Virus record (IMG/VR): IMGVR_UViG_3300022555_000012
Length of the DNA: 20,000 bases
From: an uncultured virus (IMG/VR IMGVR_UViG_3300022555_000012)
Lineage: Duplodnaviria > Heunggongvirae > Uroviricota > Caudoviricetes
Strand: one strand, 5' to 3'
Shown: one piece after another, positions 1 through 6,887 of the stretch
How positions within the stretch are numbered: the stretch's first letter is position 1
Layout: each line of letters starts with the position of its first letter
Made by a program: the position numbers and the translations under genes
The notes under the pieces: model-generated
What the model was told of the DNA's origin: nothing
Seen by the model: only the letters and a program-made list of their open reading frames with translations
Databases searched by the model: none

Positions 1-103
1 TCACAGCATCCTTGTTTTCCCCACCAAACGTACTCTTGTTGATCGTGGCACAAATGGCCCCAATCCTTATCGCCCGTTCATCACGAGCTTCTTTCTTAGC
101 CAT
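1..103 (-). CDS. Start of a gene running off the window edge; probable RecA/UvsX-like recombinase N-terminus
   Basis: Not in the ORF track. Manual translation from ATG at 103 (GGAGG upstream) gives MAKKEARDERAIRIGAICATINKSTFGGENKDAV..., resembling the RecA N-terminal helix (AL.QIEKQFG). It follows UvsY-like and SSB genes. Confidence 0.5.
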   Translation of the reverse strand, partial: MAKKEARDERAIRIGAICATINKSTFGGENKDAV

Positions 104-114
104 ACATCCTCCAG

Positions 115-153
115 AAATAAAAGGGGATACGGTCAGTCACCCAACCGTTCCCC
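115..153 (-). terminator. Rho-independent terminator after the SSB and its frameshift-extension ORF
   Basis: Minus strand GGGGA-ACGGTTGG-GTGA-CTGACCGT-A-TCCCC followed by TTTTATTT: GC-rich stem, GNRA loop, U-tract. Confidence 0.75.
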
Positions 154-159
154 CAGGTT

Positions 160-369
160 TCATTTACCGGCCGCTTTAGCAGCACACTCTTCGTTGAATT
201 GACACTTCTGACACTCCGGATGTCCCTCGTCAATCGTGCCGAAACATACATACATCTCTGGCTGTACCTTTCCAACATCTTCGACTTTCGGTTCATCTTG
301 AGCAACCGATTCCGTAGAAGTTGCAGACTCCGGGATTACCGGAGCCGCAACCACAACAGGTTCAGTTAC
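160..369 (-). CDS. Cys4-motif domain, probably a -1 frameshift extension of the SSB (the ORF track calls 160..354 from GTG)
   Basis: The frame is open from the A9 run at 370-378 and reads VTEPVVVAAPVIPES...YVCFGTIDEGHPECQKCQFNEECAAKAAGK. There is no clear SD before GTG 354, and the terminator lies right after its stop. Confidence 0.65.
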   Translation of the reverse strand, partial: VTEPVVVAAPVIPESATSTESVAQDEPKVEDVGKVQPEMYVCFGTIDEGHPECQKCQFNEECAAKAAGK

Positions 370-1451
370 TTTTTTTTTGCGGTGCCATCCAGAAGCCCAT
401 CTCCATCACCTGAGTCAGTTCCTTCCCCACCAAGAACATCCTGAATTGCTGCGGCTTCCACCGTAGAAACAGGCTTCTTTGCGAGACGATCCAACACAGA
501 AGAAGGAACCTTACCAGCCGTCGGAGCCGGTGCCTTTACAGGTGCCGGGGCCGGAGCCTTCACGGGAGCCTTCACGGGAGCCGGGGCTTCCGCCTCAGAC
601 ACATCCGCAACTGCCGCGTCAACCGCTGCATCAACCGTCTCATCGTCACCGGTTGTATCAGCAACATTGGCCGAGATGATCTCACGAAGATCCTCATGGA
701 GAGCATCGACGATCTTTTCCGCCTCGGTCTGCTTCCCACAACGAACCTTCAGGTCATTCATTTCCAATGCCAGTTCTTCCTTCGTGAAGGGAGTGACCTT
801 CAATGAAGTGCCCTCGATAACTGCACGAGCCGAGTATGTCGTTCTCGCACCCTTGGAATCCTTGATCACCTCAAGATCGATACCCCGAGTCGGGTCGTTA
901 ATGTCATAACCGACCTGCTTTAAGATACCGAAAATGTCTTTTGCCGCTTCCGGCCCGACAGACGCGATCTTGAACCCCAGGACTTTCTCGTCCTTGCCGT
1001 TTTTTTCGACGATGACCATCGGATCATCACGGTCGATAATGTTCCACTTGAGAGTGGAAGTCGCCCGTGTCGCCTGACGGAGAGCCTCGAAGAACTTTTT
1101 CTCGTCCTCACCCGGCTTTTCAGCCAGAACAGCCCGTGCCACCGCATTCAACTTGCAAATAGGGCAAGTCTTTTCCTTCAGAGGACGTTCCAACGCGATG
1201 TCCCAGTTCAGGCAGTTGATTACCTGCGGGATTTTGTCATCACCCTGAAATGCCGTCTGAGCACACAAACCACGATCCTTGCGTTTCGGTGCCGGTGCAA
1301 TGAAATGCGTCCGAACCTCCACAAAGTCCCCGGCCAGACGGATCTTGTTGCCCCCGTCCTTCCATGTGTGATAAATGCCCTTCATTCGTGCCCCGCCCCC
1401 ACCTTGCGGTCGAGCGGCCTGTACCTTTGCCAATCTGTCTAATACACTCAC
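366..1451 (-). CDS. Single-stranded DNA-binding protein, T4 gp32-like
   Basis: GxNKIRL...H...C...CPIC zinc motif, wNiiDr, INDPTRGIDLEVIK...TTYS core typical of phage gp32-family SSBs, then an acidic and Pro/Ala-rich tail. GAGGAG SD. Next to a UvsY-like gene. Confidence 0.75.
   Translation of the reverse strand: MSVLDRLAKVQAARPQGGGGARMKGIYHTWKDGGNKIRLAGDFVEVRTHFIAPAPKRKDRGLCAQTAFQGDDKIPQVINCLNWDIALERPLKEKTCPICKLNAVARAVLAEKPGEDEKKFFEALRQATRATSTLKWNIIDRDDPMVIVEKNGKDEKVLGFKIASVGPEAAKDIFGILKQVGYDINDPTRGIDLEVIKDSKGARTTYSARAVIEGTSLKVTPFTKEELALEMNDLKVRCGKQTEAEKIVDALHEDLREIISANVADTTGDDETVDAAVDAAVADVSEAEAPAPVKAPVKAPAPAPVKAPAPTAGKVPSSVLDRLAKKPVSTVEAAAIQDVLGGEGTDSGDGDGLLDGTAKKK
369..378 (-). other. Slippery sequence GCA AAA AAA AAG TAA (A9 run; A-AAA-AAG heptamer)
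   Basis: Seen directly at the last SSB codons. A 13-bp bulged hairpin follows at 320-351 (GTTGCGGCTCCGG-TAATC-CCGGAGTCTGCAAC). Confidence 0.65.
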
Positions 1452-1527
1452 TATCTCTTCTCCTCTTTTGCCTTGTTTTGCCTAGATGCCCAGGCGTTTT
1501 GTTGTGCCTTTCGGCGTGTTATGGCTT

Positions 1528-2163
1528 TTAAGCCCCTTTCCTACGCTTCTCCATCATATCCCGAACAGCTTGAACTCTGGCACTCGAAAGTGGCAGTCGT
1601 TCATGTTGCTCGCCTCTGCCAGGTTCACTGTCTCCAGATCCCCTGCCAAAATCTTTTCCCTCTTCACCCGTTATGGATGTTTTGGAATTCCAACGCTCAT
1701 CATTCGTAATACTGATGTGCTCTTGAAGTGCAAATGACTTCTGTCTCCAGGCTTCATACCAAGAGTCCAGGGTGTCTGCTTCCTCTTGTGCCTTATCAAT
1801 CTGCTTCTCCTGTCTCTCAATTTCAATTTCGTTGTCCGCAACGAAACGTGATTCGATATCCGCCTGAGTTGGCTTCCATTGGGCTGTTGACCCCGAAAGA
1901 ACGGATATCTTGGCAACTGCCCACTGTTTCTGCTTCCAACGCTCGTAATTCCGTTTCAGCATCGCCAGACGACGATTGGCTTCCTTCTTCATCGCCCCAA
2001 AATAAGCGATTGCTGCCGGCTGCATTGCAACATGCCGATCAAGGTCCATCGATCCTACATCCAAAAGTCGGACATCTGCTGATTCCAACTTGATACCAGA
2101 CAAGTCAACTTGACCCATCCCATCTATCGCATTCTTCACATTTTCAATCAATGACATCGTCAT
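1528..2163 (-). CDS. UvsY-like recombination mediator (coiled coil)
   Basis: Helical protein with pattern QPAAIAYF...PTQADIESRFVAD...LDSWYEAWRQKSFAL resembling the UvsY family. GAGGAG SD. Lies directly upstream of the SSB and the probable recombinase. Confidence 0.55.
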   Translation of the reverse strand: MTMSLIENVKNAIDGMGQVDLSGIKLESADVRLLDVGSMDLDRHVAMQPAAIAYFGAMKKEANRRLAMLKRNYERWKQKQWAVAKISVLSGSTAQWKPTQADIESRFVADNEIEIERQEKQIDKAQEEADTLDSWYEAWRQKSFALQEHISITNDERWNSKTSITGEEGKDFGRGSGDSEPGRGEQHERLPLSSARVQAVRDMMEKRRKGA

Positions 2164-2181
2164 TCTCCTCTTTGTTTATGC

Positions 2182-2874
2182 CTATTGTGCCTGTTGAGAT
2201 TCCCGGACACCTTTTTCCAGGAACTCAATTTCTTCCCTTAACTTCTCTATCATTATACTCCCATCTCGGAACCCAGTGAGAACATCTACGATCTTTTTCT
2301 TAATATTTTCATCCGAAGCATAAATTCTTATCAAAACACGGCCCCTGGCAATCAAATCCAAAGAAGCCTTCTTCCTGATTTCATCCTCACGACGCTGTTT
2401 AATCTTCTCCTTGTTCTCATACAAGAACTTCTCCACAACAAAATTACTACAGGAAAACTTGATAGTCGGAGGACAAAACTTTGGATTTTCACTTAAAAAT
2501 TGTTCAAATAGCCAAGCCAGATACTCATCCACATCGAACCCATTATCCGTCATCACCTTCACCAACTGGTTAATTAACCTTCCATCCACCCCGGTAATCG
2601 CCCGAGAATATTCCTGGTCTACCAGATGCAGATACCGATTTTTGAAGATTGATATAAACTTGCGACGATCTGCCGACATCCGGTGTTGAGGTGTCCCAGC
2701 AAATTTTGACTCAACTATCTGTCTTTCAATCGCCTGACCCAATAATTCAACATAATGGAATACTTCCGGAATATCTTCGATTCCAAATGGTTCCACGAGC
2801 GAATATACCACTCCCATAAACCGCTCCAAGCGATCTTCGGGAACTGCGTGTCTATCTACATTGTCCCGCTTCAT
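2182..2874 (-). CDS. Hypothetical protein (helical, possibly replication-associated)
   Basis: 230-aa ORF overlapping the upstream gene in an operon. No recognisable motif. Confidence 0.7.
   Translation of the reverse strand: MKRDNVDRHAVPEDRLERFMGVVYSLVEPFGIEDIPEVFHYVELLGQAIERQIVESKFAGTPQHRMSADRRKFISIFKNRYLHLVDQEYSRAITGVDGRLINQLVKVMTDNGFDVDEYLAWLFEQFLSENPKFCPPTIKFSCSNFVVEKFLYENKEKIKQRREDEIRKKASLDLIARGRVLIRIYASDENIKKKIVDVLTGFRDGSIMIEKLREEIEFLEKGVRESQQAQ
2249..2260 (-). promoter_or_regulatory. Putative promoter motif GAGTATAATGAT upstream of the uvsY/SSB genes
   Basis: Perfect TATAAT within a 12-mer also found at 9190-9201 and 13788-13799. Confidence 0.45.
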
Positions 2875-3310
2875 CTATATACCGTTTAATCCTTTTCACA
2901 ACATTGTCATCCTCGTCGAATACCAGGGGGAATAAGGCATCCACTTTGCCAGCCCTCCGGAACATCTCGACCGCTGCATCTCGAACAAACTTGTCGTCGG
3001 AACTCAAAAGTTTCTCAAGAACTTCCAATGCCCCTTCCTGCTTTCCTAAAATCGCCAGCAACTCTAGCAGAGTCTCCCGGTCCTCCGTGATACATGCCAC
3101 CTTAACCACTTCCTCAATAATACCCTTTTCAACCTGAATCCTTGCCGCCGCCATTCTCACTTCATTCGGATATACCGCTCTCAAGAATTCAAGAAGTTGT
3201 GACACATCCACCTTCTTACATTTAAGCACATCCCGGATATGGCTCTCATCCACTTTTCCCGTGGACCAATCCCGATAACACGCATCAACCGCTCTTTCTG
3301 GAAACCCCAT
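2852..3310 (-). CDS. HEAT-repeat-like helical protein
   Basis: LEKLLSSDDKFVRDAAVEMF, LVFDEDDNVVKR and YPNEVRMAAARI resemble HEAT/PBS-lyase repeats. GAGGGA SD. Confidence 0.6.
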   Translation of the reverse strand: MGFPERAVDACYRDWSTGKVDESHIRDVLKCKKVDVSQLLEFLRAVYPNEVRMAAARIQVEKGIIEEVVKVACITEDRETLLELLAILGKQEGALEVLEKLLSSDDKFVRDAAVEMFRRAGKVDALFPLVFDEDDNVVKRIKRYIDEAGQCR

Positions 3311-4307
3311 CTATTATCCCTCTCAAAAGTTCCTTGAATGACTCATCTATGTCGTCTTCAATGTTTGGAAACACATCTGCAATACTTTCTGCGTCCCGTG
3401 CTCCTACATTATACAAATAATCAGCCCTACCTTTTGTCATTCCTGGCAATTTACACAAATCTACCAAAGGTATTGATATCGCCTTCCGAACCATCAATTC
3501 CATATCATCGAAAAACATCCCCCGATTCCATCCGGCATCCTCTTTGTCCAACCGGATCAATGCTCTCTTAATCCGACCAATGTCCTCTTTCAACTCAAGC
3601 ATCTGATTTCTCATCTTGCCGACTGGCGGTCCTCCCATCAGACACCACCACAAAGTCGTCTGAATGATCGTCCCAGGCTCAGCATCGAGGCCCATCGGCA
3701 AAGCACTCTTATACTCTGACATTACAAACCTATGATCCCCAAAGTCCCCTTGACTCTTTCCCTGGTTACGAGTCCCCAATGCCCAGGCTATCGCCGCATT
3801 ATCGTTCTCCATCCCCAACTCAAACAACTTGGTGAAGTTATTCTTCCAGGATTGAATGTCTTCCGGGTGAAAGTAAAGGTCAGCCGCAATCATTCCCACC
3901 CTTGTCGCCCTCACCATGTCCCCAGGAACCCGTCTGATTGCCCCTACAACCTCCAATTTGTCAAAGAGCTTACCGAAGTTCACCTTTCGCCCCTGCGAGG
4001 CCGCAAGGCTCCTCTTGAACCACCTTATCGCAGTTATAACATCCTCAACCTTGCCCGAGACAATCTCAGGCATTAAATGGAACAACAAACCGTCTGTTTC
4101 CCCGAAAGATGACCGGACATCCATATTCTGTCCCTTTTCGAGTCCAGCCCGAATATCCTCAATCCTATCTTCCTCTACGATGACATTGGCTAACGCTGCT
4201 TCCCCACCGTGTTTTCTACCTGCCCGGCCTACCATCTGCTTGATTTCAAGGACTGGAACGGATTCCTTTCCCCTCTTTGTCCCTACAACTATGACAACAT
4301 CAGCCAT
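3285..4307 (-). CDS. Ski2/Hel308-like SF2 helicase, C-terminal half (motif VI, winged helix, ratchet, HhH)
   Basis: Starts MADVVIVVG...EIKQMVGRAGR (motif VI), then ATRVGMIAADLY (Hel308 T.lG...s.lY) and LCKLPGMTKGRADYLYNVG (HhH). GGAGG SD 9 nt upstream. Confidence 0.85.
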   Translation of the reverse strand: MADVVIVVGTKRGKESVPVLEIKQMVGRAGRKHGGEAALANVIVEEDRIEDIRAGLEKGQNMDVRSSFGETDGLLFHLMPEIVSGKVEDVITAIRWFKRSLAASQGRKVNFGKLFDKLEVVGAIRRVPGDMVRATRVGMIAADLYFHPEDIQSWKNNFTKLFELGMENDNAAIAWALGTRNQGKSQGDFGDHRFVMSEYKSALPMGLDAEPGTIIQTTLWWCLMGGPPVGKMRNQMLELKEDIGRIKRALIRLDKEDAGWNRGMFFDDMELMVRKAISIPLVDLCKLPGMTKGRADYLYNVGARDAESIADVFPNIEDDIDESFKELLRGIIDGVSRKSG

Positions 4308-4548
4308 TTATACATGCCTCCGCCAAAACCAATAATCCTTCTACTTCCGCCTTTGAAGTCGTTCCCATCAGAATCGGAACACTATAATCCATTATCTCCC
4401 GAGCAAATTCCTTGTTCGTGTTGACCATCTCGATAAGGTCGGACCACACATCGTTTTTCAATATGAAGTCCTGCTTTAAACATCCTTCCCTCATATCCTT
4501 CAAGAAAGGCTCCACATCGAAGTAATTTCTGTTTATTGGCCTATCCAA
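4300..4548 (-). CDS. Small hypothetical protein inserted between the two helicase halves
   Basis: 82 aa, TTG start with GGGAGAGG SD. In frame with the upstream helicase half across a single TAG. Its 3' end overlaps the start of the C-half. Confidence 0.55.
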   Translation of the reverse strand: MDRPINRNYFDVEPFLKDMREGCLKQDFILKNDVWSDLIEMVNTNKEFAREIMDYSVPILMGTTSKAEVEGLLVLAEACING

Positions 4549-4563
4549 GAAACCTCTCCCTGT

Positions 4564-5469
4564 CTATCCACCCATGTTGACCCCGGCCCCTAATGTGGAT
4601 GTAGCCACAACCACATTCAAACCAGATGTCATCTCATTGAACACCGTCTCAATTTTTCGCCTCTTTGCCCCAGACAAAGAAGCATTATGGAATACTGCCC
4701 GAACTCCTACTCTCCGCAGCCTCTTGACAATATCCCCTCCTGTAACCTTTGAATGAACGAAAACTAAGGTCTTCATGATTGAAGCCTTCTTCGCCAACTC
4801 AACAGCTTTGACGACCTTCTCCTCATAATCGTCTATGAGGTGATACTCCACTTTAACCTGGGTTGGCCGCCACGAACTCGTAATGCATTTGGTCTGTTTA
4901 CCATTGAGAGTTTTCAACCACTTTGCCAGTTCTATCGCATTCCCCATTGTGGCAGACAGAAACACAATCCGAACTGTCGGATTTAACTCTGTCAGTCTCA
5001 TTATTGCCGATTCCATTGCACCACCTCTCGGGTCATCCCCGATAATGTGTGCCTCATCAAATACGACACAATCCAAACTCTTAATCCAGGGTATCCACCA
5101 GTCCGACCTCGTCTTCATATCGAATGACTCTAAAGTCGCAACGATCAATCTTCCCCCGTCCCTGCCATCGTCATCACTGTCACTTGACCATAATATGGCC
5201 CCATACTTGCTTAGTTGTTCTTCGTCTGTCCATGACTTGAACTTCTCCGATGCCAAACTTTTGAACGGACAGACATATGCAACTCGGCTATCCTCCTTGA
5301 CTGACAGATGGTATCCAAAACAACATTCTGCCAACACAGTCTTGCCAACCGCCGTGGAGAAAGATATCACCAGATTCATATCCTTGTCCAAGAATGGAAT
5401 CGCGGCCGCTTGTGCCTCGTTATATTCGGGGAATGGGGGATGATACCATGGGTAATCAATCGTCCTCAC
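4564..5469 (-). CDS. Ski2/Hel308-like SF2 (DEAH) helicase, N-terminal half (Q motif to motif V)
   Basis: YNEAQ, STAVGKT, PFKSLASEK, DEAH, LSAT, FVHSK, FHNASL, VATSTLGAGVN. Stops right after motif V (GVNMGG*). Confidence 0.88.
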   Translation of the reverse strand: MRTIDYPWYHPPFPEYNEAQAAAIPFLDKDMNLVISFSTAVGKTVLAECCFGYHLSVKEDSRVAYVCPFKSLASEKFKSWTDEEQLSKYGAILWSSDSDDDGRDGGRLIVATLESFDMKTRSDWWIPWIKSLDCVVFDEAHIIGDDPRGGAMESAIMRLTELNPTVRIVFLSATMGNAIELAKWLKTLNGKQTKCITSSWRPTQVKVEYHLIDDYEEKVVKAVELAKKASIMKTLVFVHSKVTGGDIVKRLRRVGVRAVFHNASLSGAKRRKIETVFNEMTSGLNVVVATSTLGAGVNMGG

Positions 5470-5885
5470 AGCATCTCCGTCAATACCGACTCTACCTCTT
5501 CGATACTGTTCAATGATCCAAAGATCCTGGATTTGCCCTTCACAATCGAAACGACTTTGATCTTTCCCATTGCTCCAATAGCAATGGCGATCACCGTCTT
5601 CCCATCTTTCTTAAATTTATGGAGAACAGCATTATCTTTTGTCTCGATCTCCTGGTTGTATTTCCCATCAAGACTCTGCAAGAGATATTCCAACGGAGTT
5701 ACTGGTTTCGGCACCTCCAACTCATTGTTTTCCGGTTCAGAAGGTTTTTCTGCTTCCTCGATTTTGGCCTTGGTCCTCTTCTCACAATTGTCTGAGAGAG
5801 CACATCTAATACATTCCGGATCTGAAACAACCCATTTTCCGAAACATTTCGCATACTCATGCTTTACCCATAATTTCGTAGACAT
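5466..5885 (-). CDS. Hypothetical protein with an N-terminal Cys4 (Zn or Fe-S) motif
   Basis: CFGKWVVSDPECIRCALSDNC. Its ATG abuts the sigma-factor stop (TAA ATG) and its stop overlaps the helicase start (GTGA). Confidence 0.7.
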   Translation of the reverse strand: MSTKLWVKHEYAKCFGKWVVSDPECIRCALSDNCEKRTKAKIEEAEKPSEPENNELEVPKPVTPLEYLLQSLDGKYNQEIETKDNAVLHKFKKDGKTVIAIAIGAMGKIKVVSIVKGKSRIFGSLNSIEEVESVLTEML

Positions 5886-6827
5886 TTAACAACCCTCAAA
5901 TTGTTGCCTGAAAAACGGACGAACCACTTTGCTGTAAAATGTACGAGCCTGACTGTATTCCACGCCGGCCGCTTTCGCCGCATCCGAAACACAAACAGAA
6001 CTCGCGAACATAAATTCTCCCTGGTCAGGATCACCAAACATTTGCAGAATAAGCTCCTTATGTTTTGGATATTGTACCGCAAGACTACGAACTGAATCCA
6101 TCATTTCATGAGCCAATATGCTATTGCATTCACGGTGTTGGACTCCTGAGATCGGTAATGAAGGCCTATTCTCCAACGTGCTTTCCCCTTCATCATTTAA
6201 AATATGTCCTTCGTCAACGATAAGATTCTTTGTACGAAGCCCGACACGATATTTCTTACTCAAAACATTCTGGCAAACACGCCATGTCCAAGTCGTGAAC
6301 CGGCCTTTTTTCGGATCAAATTTACAGAGCTGTTTAAGGACTCGATACATACAATCCTGTGCGAGATCATCCACATCGTCCTGACAAGTTGTGGAGAACT
6401 TCAATGCCAATTGATAAACCATTTTTCGAATCGAAGAATATAACGCCGTGTTCACGTCAATACGATCATTTGGAGAAAGAATTTTCTTTCCCGTCATATC
6501 AAGAGCGACAGCCACGGCCATCTGTTCTTGAGTCATCGGCTTATCCGTCAAATCCATCTTGCCAGTGGCAAGAGTTTTTTTATCCAAATATGCCTTTCGG
6601 ACTTTATGAATAAAGTCGTTAATCATCCCAGTCTTGGTAAGACGCGGATATTCAGTGATAGTGTCTCGTTCAATTGGAACTGTATAACCAATGTATTGAC
6701 TTGTGATTTTACTGATTTGGTCGCGAACAGAAACCTGTTCGGAGTGAGAAACATCCAACACTACAACTTGCCCGTTTTGCATGATACGCCTCTTCTTTTC
6801 GTTTTTATTTATGTCGAATTTCGACAA
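5886..6827 (-). CDS. Phage-encoded sigma-70-family RNA polymerase sigma factor (true start may be ATG 6782)
   Basis: Region 2 signature DDLAQDCMYRVLKQLCKFDPKKGRFTTWTWRVCQN and a C-terminal region-4-like HTH VSDAAKAAGVEYSQARTFY. A GAGG SD precedes ATG 6782. Confidence 0.8.
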   Translation of the reverse strand: MSKFDINKNEKKRRIMQNGQVVVLDVSHSEQVSVRDQISKITSQYIGYTVPIERDTITEYPRLTKTGMINDFIHKVRKAYLDKKTLATGKMDLTDKPMTQEQMAVAVALDMTGKKILSPNDRIDVNTALYSSIRKMVYQLALKFSTTCQDDVDDLAQDCMYRVLKQLCKFDPKKGRFTTWTWRVCQNVLSKKYRVGLRTKNLIVDEGHILNDEGESTLENRPSLPISGVQHRECNSILAHEMMDSVRSLAVQYPKHKELILQMFGDPDQGEFMFASSVCVSDAAKAAGVEYSQARTFYSKVVRPFFRQQFEGC

Positions 6828-6858
6828 TTGGACTACCTGTCCTATTTATGGAAAAGGC

Positions 6859-6887
6859 AAAATACCGGAGAGTCGAAAATCCGTCAA
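6859..6887 (-). promoter_or_regulatory. Sigma70-type promoter for the sigma-factor operon
   Basis: TTGACG-N17-TATTTT with an A-rich upstream tract. Confidence 0.5.

Noticed and set aside
520..590. 12-bp tandem repeat GGAGCCTTCACG in the SSB gene as iterons/origin
   Set aside because: It is explained by the PVKA/PAPVKA linker repeats of the protein and has only two exact copies.
4564..4566. Genome-wide TAG reassignment (alternative genetic code)
   Set aside because: Long genes have no internal TAG, and TAG serves as a plausible stop at 2182 and 2852. Readthrough alone would not reach the C-half frame.
4305..4569. T4 gene 60-style translational bypass (the N-half ends GGA TAG, the same take-off/stop pair)
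   Set aside because: The C-half frame is closed by TAA immediately before its ATG, so there is no matched in-frame GGA landing codon. No take-off hairpin is evident, and the gap is much longer than 50 nt.
4295..4579. Archaeal bulge-helix-bulge intron or split intein at the helicase break
   Set aside because: The junction sequences do not form a 3-4-3 BHB motif, and neither half nor the insert has intein block motifs.
6844..6851. T4 late-promoter-like CATAAATA upstream of the sigma gene
   Set aside because: A single imperfect match that I did not see recur before other genes in the window.
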